From Candidatus Saccharimonadota bacterium (GTDB lineage: Bacteria; Bacillota_I; Bacilli_A; Mycoplasmatales; Hepatoplasmataceae), in the NCBI GenBank assembly GCA_027925325.1, contig AP027133.1, positions 90,001-122,000 on the forward strand: 32,000 nt of DNA. The letters run 5' to 3'. A program made the translations under genes and the position numbers. Below, piece by piece: positions 15,618-25,994 of this stretch (position 1 is the stretch's first letter; each line of letters begins with the position of its first letter). The notes under the pieces were generated by a model. It saw nothing but the letters and a program-made list of their open reading frames with translations, did no database searches and was not told the DNA's origin.

Positions 15618-16045
15618 TCTTCTATATATTTTTCATCTATTTTCTTTTTAGATATTTCATCTTCATCTAAATTTTTTCTTGCTTCTATTCATGCTTTATT
15701 TGCATGTGTTATATCAACCAATTTTCATTGATTGAAAGAAATATATTTTTCTATATATTTATCATATATTTTAAATTCCTCTTTACTTTCTTTAGATGGT
15801 AAAAAAGGTTCTAATTCATCATCATTATAAAAATATGGTCGAAAATAAGAATATGAATTTACATGTACAGGACCATTTATTCATGCTTCAAAATTAAAAT
15901 TTTCATCAAAGATGCTTTTTTCAAAATTATTTTTCTTTTCTTCATATCTAATTAGAAATAAAATTTTTTGTAATTTTATTGGTGATTCAATTTGATATTC
16001 TCTTACTATATATTTTGCAAATTCAATTATTTTATCTTTATTCAC
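15563..16045 (-). CDS. Panacea / DUF4065 domain protein (SocA/GepA/PanA antitoxin-like), 160 aa
   Basis: The hand translation gives ...IKLQKILFLIRYEE...FDENFNFEAWINGPVHVNSYSYF..., which matches the DUF4065 signature (LQKLlYfa...f.e.feAW.yGPV...lY). GTG start with AGGGGA upstream and an in-frame TAA immediately before it. Contains 4 TGA-Trp codons, one at the signature EAW (15881-15883). Not in the ORF track because of the TGAs. Confidence 0.7.
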
Positions 16046-16216
16046 TTAATTTATCCCCTTTAATTCGTTTCATTATAAATATATTCTTTTTTTCTTTTCT
16101 TTTCATATATTTTATATTAAATTTAATATTAAAAATTTCTCATGTTTTAGAAATAAATTTTATTCAAAACTATATAATTTTAAAATAAAATTAAAAAGAG
16201 ATAAAAAAAGTTTATT

Positions 16217-17134
16217 ATGAAAAATAAAATAATCACAGATGAAAAAAATAATATTTTAAATAATAGTGAAAAAAACTTTAATCAAAATGAAGAAAAAAAT
16301 AATTGAAATAAAATTTTTAAGAAAAAATTTTTAATTATTTTATCTTTAGTTTTTATTGCAATAATCATTATTATTTCTTTATCATTAACACTTACAAATA
16401 AAAATAAAGATAAATCAAATGTATTCTATGCTTATGGATCAGATTGTCCATATATAATTAATTATTCAGAAGAATATGTCGGTTATGGAAGAATAGGATT
16501 AGAAATATGTTTTGAACTTGATCCTAAATATGTTGCCGATGATCATATTTCTGTATATGAAATACCAAATGATGCTAATCAAGAACCGATTTTTATAAAA
16601 GAATATCCATTAGAATATACTACCTATGATGATGGATTATATCCAAATGGTTTATATAATACTTATCAATATGTTCCATATAATTTAAGCGATCATAATG
16701 AAAATTATTCTGTACAAGTTGACATTATGGATAAATCAAGTAGTGACTATATCGGAACAGCAGAGATTGAAAAATTAACTTTATATAATAATCGAAAACC
16801 GAATGGATTTACAATTAAAAATGTAAAAGATTATGGTGATTGTTATATGGAATATGATATCTTTTATCCCGAAGGAAGCGGGAGAATAGAAGAAGTCTAT
16901 CTTGAAGATCAATTTGGTAATGTTTTAAGTACAAGTAAACCGATTACATCACCATATTTTCATTATGATTATCGTGGATTTTTATATTTACCACCAAATT
17001 ATACTTCTGAACCACAAACTTATCGAATATATGCAAAATATTCTCATAATATTACTTCGTATGGAAGAATAACACAAGAATATCAAATTTTACTTGATGA
17101 TGAGATTATTGTTCTTCCGTTTGATCCTAATTAA
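16217..17134 (+). CDS. Hypothetical membrane-anchored (N-in, single TM) Tyr-rich extracellular protein, 305 aa
   Basis: ATG at 16217 is in frame with the track ORF 16727..17134, with one TGA at about 16304. TM segment FLIILSLVFIAIIIIISLSLTL with no lipobox Cys. The ectodomain appears to contain two related halves (GSDCPYIINYSEEYVGYGRIGLE... and YGDCYMEYDIFYPEGSGRIEE...). Confidence 0.6.
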
Positions 17135-17208
17135 ATTTTTTAAAATTAATCATTTTTATTACTTTTATATTTAATTGATATTTATTAAAATTGTATAATT
17201 TATTTGTT

Positions 17209-17505
17209 ATGAATATTTCTGCTGAAATAAAAAAATTAGAGCAAATTGCGATGGTAAACTTATCTAAACGAGAAAAAGAAAGATTTATTAAAGATTTAGC
17301 CGTTTTTAAAAAATCTCTGATGGCATTTGAAGAAATTATTGATTTTAATAAAAAATTTGAAAATAGAGAATTTATCAATGAAATAGATTTAAATGATTTG
17401 CGTGATGATATTGAAGAAAATTTATCTGAAGATGATTTAAAAATTTTATATAATAACTCAAAAAATTTCAAGAATAATTTATTTGTAATTAAAAAGAAAG
17501 ATTAA
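17209..17505 (+). CDS. gatC: Asp/Glu-tRNA(Asn/Gln) amidotransferase subunit C
   Basis: 98 aa. The IKKLEQIAMVNLSKREKERF pattern and its position directly upstream of gatA/gatB support the call. ATG at 17209 is preferred over the track's upstream alternative start. Confidence 0.8.
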   Translation: MNISAEIKKLEQIAMVNLSKREKERFIKDLAVFKKSLMAFEEIIDFNKKFENREFINEIDLNDLRDDIEENLSEDDLKILYNNSKNFKNNLFVIKKKD

Positions 17506-17506
17506 A

Positions 17507-18889
17507 ATGAGTACTGTTTTTAATAAATTAAATTGAAAAAAGATAGATTTTTTAGATTATGCAAAAAATATTAATCAGAAATTTTCAGAAGAAGGACCCA
17601 TTTTATCAATTTTTGATTTTAATGATTTTAAAATAGCAAAAGAGGGTAAATTAAGTAATATTCCATTTGCAATTAAAGATAATTATTCAATTAAAAATTA
17701 CAATACAACAGCTGGAACAACTTTGCTTTCTGATTTTAAGCCGCTTACCTTTTCGACTGTTTTTGAAAAATTATTATCAGAAGGAGCCATTCCTTTATTT
17801 AAAGCGAATCTTGATGAACTTGCAATGGGTTGATCGGGGATGACGTCACATTATAAAATTGTCAACAACCCCTTTTATAAAAATTTAATTATCGGTGGAT
17901 CTTCTTCGGGATCGGTTTATTTAGTGGCAAGAGATATCGTTCCGTTTTCATTAGGTTCAGATACCGGTGATTCTGTAAGAAAACCAGCTGTTTATGGAAA
18001 TGTAATTGGATTTAAACCAACATGAGGACTTGTTTCTAGATACGGTCTATTTGATTTTGCTCCTAGTTGAGATACTGTTGGATGATTTACAAAAACAATC
18101 GATCAATCAGTATTACTTTTAGATATTTTAAAAGGTTATGATTTTAGAGATCAAACAAGCAAAAAGATAGAGCAAAATTTTTCTTATTTAGATAACTTAT
18201 ATAAAGATAAAAAAAATCTTGTTGTTGGCTATTTTTCAGAAATATTAGATGAAATTAAAAATGATAAAATAAAAAAAACTTATCTTAAGTTTTTAAATAA
18301 ATATCAACAAAAAGGTTATAAACTTAAAAAATTAAAAGCAAATTTGGAATTATTATCATTAATTTCAATTGTTTATGATGTTATATCATCAACAGAATCT
18401 CTTTCTTGTAATTCTAATTTACAAGGATTTTTATTCGGTAATGGATATGATCAAGATAAAAGTTATCTAGAAGCAATTAAAGCAGCTCGTGGTGATAATT
18501 TTGTTTATGAGGTTAAAAAAAGATTTTTATTTGCTGCTTATTCAATTTCAAAGCATGAAAAAATTTATAATCAAGCGAGAAGAATAAGACATTTAATAAA
18601 TAAAGAGTTAGATAAAATTTTTACCCAAGCCGATGCCTTAGTTCTTCCAGCTGTAATGGATTTTGCACCTGAAAAAAAAATAGCACAGCAAAATAAAACA
18701 AGAAATTCACGAACATTAGCAGATAATTTTTTAACTTTATTTAATAGTAATGGTTCGCCATCTTTAAGTCTTCCAATTACAAATGAGAAAGCTGAATCTG
18801 TTTTTATAAATATCGCTACAAAACCTAATGATGATTTAAGTTGCTTTAGAATTGCAAAAATTTTTGAAGGGTTAAAAGATGAAAATTAA
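17507..18889 (+). CDS. gatA: Asp/Glu-tRNA(Asn/Gln) amidotransferase subunit A (amidase signature family)
   Basis: Amidase signature GGSSSGSV...[12 protein letters not shown]. Fragments at 17507.., 17840..18025 and 18344..18889 share one frame joined by TGA codons. Confidence 0.9.
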
Positions 18890-20336
18890 TTCTAATATTG
18901 AAGATAATTATATTCCAACTTTTGGGATTGAAATCCATGCACAATTAAAGACCAAAACAAAAGCATTTTCACCGGCTAAAAATGATTTAACGGCAAAAGA
19001 AAATACAAATATTAATCCGATAGATTTAGGTTATCCGGGTGAAAAACCACTAGTAAATAAAAAAATGATTGAGTTTGGCTATCGGATTGCAAAGGCATTA
19101 AATACAAAATTAGCAAAGCAAATTTGTTTTGATCGAAAAAATTATCACTATCCAGATCTTGCAAAAGGTTTTCAAATTACACAATATTATCAACCGCTTG
19201 GTTTAAAAGGAAAATTTACAATTATCGATCAAAAGGGACAACAAAAAGATATTTTTATATCAGATATCCATTTAGAGGAAGATACAGCAAAAAAAATCAG
19301 ATTAAATGATTATCTTATTGGATATGATTTTAATCGCGCTGGGATTCCACTTATTGAAATTGTCAGTGATCATAGAAATTTAAATACAATTGATGATGTT
19401 TTAAATTATGTAAAACAAATTGCAAATCAATTAATTTTTTTAGAGGTTAACGATGGTAAATTATATAAAGGTTCATTTAGAGTTGATGTAAATGTATCTG
19501 TTCGTAATAAAAACGATAAAAAATTAGGAACAAGAGTTGAATTAAAAAATCTAAATTCTTTTAATAATATTAAATTAGCATTAGAAGCTGAGATCAAAGA
19601 TCAAATAGTAAAAATTGAAAACGGAGAAAAAATTTTAAAGGTTACGAAAAAGTTCGATGAAAAAAGGGGAAAAACAGTTTTTATTAGAGAAAAGACATCA
19701 TTAAAAGAATACAATTATATTCCTGAATATAATATTCCGATTATTAATTGAGATAAAAAGACATTAGATCAATTTGATAATTTTAAAATTATCGATACAC
19801 AGAGATTAAGAAAAATATTTATTGATAAAAAATATTTAGAAAACGAAATAGATTTTATATTATCTTCACCAAAGATATATAATCTTTATCAAGATTTATT
19901 AGAATTTAAAATTAATGAAAAAAAAGTTGTTTCATTTTTAACAACAAATTTACAAGGGCAATTTAATTTATTGAAAATAGATCCTTTAGAATTTAATTTA
20001 GAGACAAAGATGATTTCACAAATTTTAAAATTACATATTGAAAATAAAATTACGACAACAAAATTAAATCAATTTATCAATAATTTACTTTTAAATAGAG
20101 ATATTGTAAAGGAATTAAAATTATTTCAGAATCAAATTCAATTTTCTGAACAGAAATTACAGCAAATTATTACTGATATTATCAATAAAAATCGAGAGTT
20201 GGCTGATCAATATCATAATCGACCAGAAAGAGTTGAAAAATTTATAATCGGTAAATTGATGAAAATATCAAAAGGAAAGGCAAATCCTAAATTAGCAATC
20301 AAATTAATTAAGGAATATTTTATTAAAAATGAGTAG
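18879..20336 (+). CDS. gatB: Asp/Glu-tRNA(Asn/Gln) amidotransferase subunit B
   Basis: N-terminal PTFGIEIHAQLKTKTKAF, then YPDLAKGFQITQ and LEEDTAK motifs. The two fragments share a frame via TGA at 19749-19751. Overlaps the gatA end by 11 nt. Confidence 0.9.
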
Positions 20337-20529
20337 CTTAAAATATAAAATAATCGGCTTATTATTATTTATAATTATCATATTTGTTTTTGTTTGAGAA
20401 TGAGGATGAATAATTTCAGTTTTTTTTGCTTTAATTTTAATTTACGTACTCTTTTCTAAAAAAGGGGGAACGATTTTTGATGCGATTAAAATGTTTAAAT
20501 CAGAGCAAAAAGAATTAAAGGAGGAACAA

Positions 20530-21711
20530 ATGGAAGAAGATAAAGAAAATATTATTCAAATTTCATTAAATGATTTTAAACCAAAAAAAGGAGCAAAAAT
20601 AGCAATTGCTCTTTCTGGTGGAGTTGATTCTGCTACCTCTGCTTACCTTTTAAAAAAAGCAGGATATCAATTAAAAGCTTTTTTTATGGTTAATTGAGAT
20701 TCAACGATAAATTCGGAATTAAATTATATTCTGACTGATGATGAAGTTTGTCAACAAACAAAAGATTATATTGATGCTAAAAAGGTTGCTGATTTTTTAG
20801 GAATAGAACTTATAAGGATTAATTTTATCAAACAATATTGAGATTTGGTTTTTCAAAAATTTCTAAGAGAAATTAAAATGGGGATAACACCAAATCCAGA
20901 TATTTTTTGTAATAAATATATAAAATTTAAGGAATTTACCGATTATATCTTTAAAAATTATCCAGAAATAGAATATGTTGCTACGGGTCATTACGCCGCA
21001 ATCAAAGAAAAAAATAATCAATTCTTTCTTGCGCAAGCGATAGATAATTTCAAAGATCAAACTTATTTTTTATCGGAAATCGATCAAAATATTTTAAGTA
21101 AGATTTATTTTCCGCTTGCTAATTTTAAAAAAAGTGAAGTTAGAAAAATGGCATTAAAAGCAAATCTTCCTACAGCAACAAAGAAAGATTCAACCGGAAT
21201 ATGCTTTATCGGTAAGAGAAATTTTCCTGATTTTATCGCTAATTATTTAAAGGAAAAGGAAGGAGATATTGTCGATCAAAAGACAAATAAAGTTCTAGGA
21301 AGACATCGAGGAGTCTTATTTTACACATTAGGACAAAGAAAAGGGCTTAATTTAGGTGGACAAGAATATCCGTATTTTGTTAGTAAAAAAGATATCAAAA
21401 AAAATATTTTATATGTTGCAACCGAAAAAAATCCAGAATATTTATATTCAAATTATATTGAAACAGAAAATTTTAATTTATTAGCTTCGCTTGAATTATT
21501 AAAAGATGATGTTTGAATAAAAACAAGACATTCAGAGATTATTTATGAAGCAACAATATTAGATGTGACTAAGAAAAATGATAAAATTAAAGTAATTTTA
21601 AAAACGAAAGAAGATATAAAAGCCGTTACCCCGGGACAAGAGGTTGTCATTTATAAACATAAATTATGTCTTGGTGGCGGGCAAATAAGTAAAAATGAAC
21701 TTAAAATTTAA
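20530..21711 (+). CDS. mnmA: tRNA-specific 2-thiouridylase MnmA (TrmU)
   Basis: PP-loop IALSGGVDSATSAYLL, NPDIFCN and ATGHYA motifs. ATG at 20530 is preceded by AAGGAGG with 6-nt spacing. The same frame is also open upstream to the ATG at 20329 (see findings). Joined across TGA codons. Confidence 0.85.
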
Positions 21712-22606
21712 AAATATTTTTTATCCATTTATCTTTTGGTTTATAACTTTTATTTTCTTCTTCTTTTTTATTTTGTTTATTGCCTTGCCTTTTACAAGTA
21801 AAACAATATTAGAATTTAATAACTCAGATTCATGGATTTTTTGGCTTTTTTTCTTTGTTCTTTATTCTTTTCTAATTTACTTTTTTTTATATTTTGATAC
21901 ACGAAAAAATCAATTTGATTTTTCAAAGCATCTACAGTTATTTTTTATTTTTCTTTTTGTAAATGCGCTTATAAGTTTAATTCCGATGTTTATTTTTATA
22001 ACTCTCTCTAATTTTATTAAAGGCGATGTTGTCGGCACGGTTTGGGATTTTTTTATAATTTTAATTTTTTTAATCGTTCTTTGATTTTGCTTCGTTTTTT
22101 ACTTTAATTTATTAATTTCAATTTCTTTAAAAAATAATAAAATGTTGCAAATTATAAATCATAATATTTGATTTTTTATTTTTCATTTGATTGAAATTAA
22201 AAGATTAGATGATACTTTATATGAGTTTAAAATTAAAAAGAATAAAAAAGTATTTGGATGTTATTTTATTGATGAGAAATTACAAATTCAAGAGATTCAA
22301 TTTGAAAATCAAATTATAGTTGATGCTAAATTAGAACAAAAAGAAAAAGTAATTGATTTTTTTAATGATGTAATGGGAAAAGAACAACAACAACAACAAA
22401 TTTTAAAAAAAATTGAGCCAGACAAAATTGCTAAAATAAGTTTGGATTATTTAGCAAAAAATCCTAATAATTACTTTATTTATCTTAATAATAATTTTGA
22501 AAATTTATTATTAAGGGGAACAATTCCAGAAAAAGTTATAATTATGAAAGAAAAAAATTTTGCTCATCAATTTAAAAAAATGTTGAAAAAATATAATCGA
22601 AAGTAG
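21695..22606 (+). CDS. Hypothetical polytopic membrane protein with a C-terminal soluble domain (303 aa under table 4)
   Basis: Track ORFs 21695..22084 and 22187..22606 are in the same frame with only TGA codons between them (22082-84 and 22169-71). The N-terminal part is very Phe/Ile/Leu-rich (multiple TM helices). The C-terminal part is charged and includes a Q5 run. The start overlaps the mnmA end by 17 nt. Confidence 0.5.
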
Positions 22607-22614
22607 GAAGTTAA

Positions 22615-23454
22615 ATGTTTAATAATATCGAAGCGGTTTTTATTGATCTTGATAGAACATTAACAACAAGAAAGAATAAATTTGATGTTTCGCTTGATAA
22701 TAGATTGCAAATTAAAAATTTACAAAAAAGAAAAGTTTGAACAATTATAACTACTGGAAGAGCAAGAGAAGATATTGTAAGAGTTTGAAATCAGATTCAT
22801 TTAAACAAATACTGTGATTTTGTTATTTATGCAAATGGGGCGATTATTGAAAATTTCCACAAAAAGGAAATAATTCATCAAAAAAAGATTAATTTTAATC
22901 AAGCTTTAAATTTTTTAAAGTATATAAAAAAAGATCATCCAGATTGAATTTTTCGCTTTGCTAATTCATCGATTTTTTATACTTTTTCTGATATCAAATT
23001 AAAATATAAATTTTTTAATTGATTATTAAAAGATTTTACTGTTAAAAAATTTTCATTAGATGAATTTAATAAATTAAAAGTTTTTGAGACACCAAAGATC
23101 GGTATTATTGGATCTTTTAGAAAGAAAAAAAGTAAAAATATTTTAAAGCAGATTCAAGATAAATTTCCTGATTTTAAAATAGTTAGTTCTGGTCTTGAGA
23201 TATATTTAGAAATAACAGCAGTTGGAGTTACAAAAGGTTCGGCCGCAATTATTCTTGCTGATTATCTAAATTTAAATTTAGATAATACAATTGCACTCGG
23301 TGATTCAAATAATGATAAAGCTTTATTTGAAATAGTCGGTTATCCGATTGCGATGAAAAATTCTGAAAAAGATCTTTTAAAGATCGCAAAATTTAAGACA
23401 CAATCAGCGAAAAAAAATGGTGTTGCAAAGGCAATAAAAAATATAAATATTTAA
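22615..23454 (+). CDS. HAD-superfamily (Cof-type, subclass IIB) phosphatase
   Basis: Motif I FIDLDRTL, TTGR, and motif IV ALGDSNNDKALF with the Cof-like arrangement. Joined across several TGA codons. Confidence 0.75.
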
Positions 23455-23479
23455 CTATAAAAATTTACTGAGGTAAAAA

Positions 23480-23881
23480 ATGTTTGAAAAATTAAAACAG
23501 TTATTAAAAAATTCATCTGCTCCATATTCTCATTTTAAAGTTGCAGCAATTATAAAAACAAATGATCAAAAAGAATATAAGGGTGTAAATATCGAATCTG
23601 CTGCTTTTTCAAATACAATTTGCGCAGAGAGAAATGCTATCTTTAGTGCGATTAGCAACGGCGTTAAATGAGGAGATATCAAAGAAGTTTATTTACTTTC
23701 ATTTTCGGAAAATAAAAATAATTTAAAAGAATTTGCTACTCCCTGTGGAAATTGTAGACAGGTAATTAGTGAGTCCTCAAATAATAAAGCTTTAATTTAT
23801 ATTTATAATATGGAAGGCGATCTCAAAAAAACTACAATTAAGCAATTATTGCCTAGTAGTTTTAGAGCAAACGACTTTTAA
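23480..23881 (+). CDS. cdd: Cytidine deaminase
   Basis: Zinc-binding motifs CAERNAI and PCGNCRQ. Joined across TGA at 23669-23671. Confidence 0.85.
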
Positions 23882-24382
23882 TTAATAATTAGTATCTTGT
23901 CTTATAAAATTTATCTTATTTTTTATCTGATATGATTCTAATATTTCTGTAATTTTAAAATCATAATAAAGACTTATTTTTAATAAATTAATGAAAATAT
24001 CTTTTAAGATATTTTTTTCTTTTTTCTTCTGTAAATTTAAAATTAAATCAATTATTTTTAAAAACAAAATTTCAATATTTTCTTCTCTTTGATTAAATTC
24101 AAACTTTCATTGATCATATTGTAAATCGTTTGCAATTGAGATCAAAAAATGCATAATATCAACAAATTCATCGAGAATAATCTTTTTATCACTTGCTTTT
24201 TTCTTGGATCAATATTTAAAAAATCTTAATTCATTTGCAAATTCTGCTAATTCTACAAAAAGAGCGATGATTTTTTTGTTAAATATTTGCTCATTATCTT
24301 TTAAATTATTTCTTTTTAATATATATTGATCGAGGATTTTTTGTTGATCTGAAATATTTTTAAGATTTATTTTAATTATCAT
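23882..24382 (-). CDS. All-alpha NTP pyrophosphohydrolase, dimeric-dUTPase-like (dUTPase_2/MazG-like fold), 166 aa
   Basis: The hand translation gives LFVELAEFANE...KYW(TGA)S...ILDEFVDIMHFLISIAN, the ExxE...ExxD acidic pattern of dimeric dUTPases. It abuts the cdd stop codon tail-to-tail and sits in a pyrimidine-nucleotide gene cluster. Confidence 0.55.
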
Positions 24383-24503
24383 AATTAAATCTTACATTAA
24401 TAATTTATAAATTATTAAAGATTGATTTTTTTGATTTAAAATTGATAAAATCTATTTATTACTAATATAGTTGTAATAAGAATTAAAGGAAATATTTATA
24501 AAA

Positions 24504-25124
24504 TTGAAATCAAATTCTAATTTATATCTTTATTATGGTCCTATGTTTTCGGGAAAATCAAAAAAATTAATTGAAGTTTATAATTCTTTAAAATTGCAAA
24601 AGATCATTTTTAAACCAAAAATTGATACTCGTAGCAAAAATTTTGTAATTTCTCGTGAAGGTGGAAAAATTGAGGCAATTCCAGTTGATAAAATTGAGGA
24701 GATATATAGTTATCTTGAAAATATCGATATAAGAGATATTTTTTTTGATGAAATGTTTATGTTAGAAGGAAATTTAAATGCTGTAATCGATGATTTACTT
24801 TTAAAAAATTATCGAGTTCATATCGCTTCCTTAGATAAAAATTATTTAGGAAATGAATTTATCGAGATTAAAAAATTAATCAAAAAAACGCCAGAATTTA
24901 ATAGACATAAATTGTTTGCAAGATGCCATATTTGTAATATGCCCTCTTCATGAACGGTTCGATTAACAGATGGTTATCTTGATAATGATAAATCTCCAGA
25001 AATTATTATCGATGATGATAGTAGAAAGGTAATTTATGAGACACGATGTGATGAACATAGATTTACAGAAAAAATTTTAGAACATAAAGAAATTTATAAA
25101 GATTCGGAACATATTTATAAATAA
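24504..25124 (+). CDS. tdk: Thymidine kinase (TK1 type)
   Basis: P-loop YGPMFSGKS and a C-terminal CxxC ... CxxH metal-site pattern. A TTG start is required because the only nearby ATG lies inside the P-loop; AAGGAAA is upstream. Joined across TGA at 24951-24953. Confidence 0.85.
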
Positions 25125-25990
25125 TGGAAAAATATTTAAATTTACTACAAGATGTTTTACAAAATGGAACTTTTAAGGATGATCGAACAAAGGTAGGAAC
25201 GATCTCATCATTTGGGTTGCAAACAAAATATAATCTAGAGAATGGATTACCGATCGTTACGACAAAACAGATCAATTTTGCAGCAATTTTGCATGAATTA
25301 TTGTGATTTATTAAAGGAGATACAAATATCAGATATTTAGTTTTAAATGGGGTAAATATTTGAAATGAATGACCCTATCAAAATTTTAAAAAAAGTGAAG
25401 ATTATAAAAATGAGACAATTGAAGAATTTATCGCTTTAATTAAAAAAGATGTCGCTTTTGCAAATAAATATGGTGATTTAGGTCCAGTTTATGGAAAACA
25501 GTGACGAAATTTTAATGGAAAGGATCAATTGCAAGAGGCTTTAAAATTATTGCAAAATGATCCTAATTCACGTCGAATAATTATTTCGGCATGAAACCCA
25601 AATGAAATCTCACAAATGCTTTTACCACCATGTCATGCTTTTTTTCAATTTTATGTCTCAGATCGAAAATTAAGTTGTCAGTTATATCAAAGATCAGCTG
25701 ATCTTTTTTTAGGTGTCCCTTTTAATATCACCTCTTATTCGATTCTTACAATCTTAATTGCTCATCATCTTGGTTTAAAAGCAAAAGAATTTGTCCATAC
25801 ATTGGGTGATGCTCATATTTATCAAAATCATTTTGAACAGGTTAAATTACAGATAACAAGAAAACCATATAATTTACCGAAACTTAAGATCAAAAATAGA
25901 TATAAAAATATTGAGGATTATAATTTTTCTGATTTTGAGTTAATAGATTATAAACATCATCAAAAAATAGTTGGTAAGGTTGCGGTGTAA
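25124..25990 (+). CDS. thyA: Thymidylate synthase (ThyA type)
   Basis: [12 protein letters not shown] (catalytic Cys), DLFLGVPFN and ELLW(TGA)FIKGDTN motifs. TAATG overlap with tdk. Confidence 0.95.
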
Positions 25991-25994
25991 ATAA

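Noticed and set aside
15979-16188. Plus-strand 69-aa ORF spanning the start of the Panacea-domain gene and the divergent intergenic region.
   Set aside because: Extremely hydrophobic, low-complexity translation of AT-rich promoter DNA. It overlaps the better-supported minus-strand gene and has no SD.
17175-17199. TTGATA ... TATAAT pair upstream of gatC as a sigma-70-type promoter.
   Set aside because: The spacer between the hexamers is only about 13 nt, far from the 17 +/- 1 optimum. The TATAAT alone is not distinctive in DNA this AT-rich.
20329-20529. Resemblance of the mnmA-upstream TM segment (…LFSKKGGTIFDAIKMFKSEQ) to the TatA hinge/amphipathic-helix motif.
   Set aside because: The similarity covers only a few residues. 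As far as I know, Mollicutes lack the Tat pathway, and no tatC is nearby.
22385-22399. (CAA)5 trinucleotide repeat encoding Q5.
   Set aside because: It is short and in frame, so it cannot cause on/off phase variation. The length is within chance expectation for this composition.
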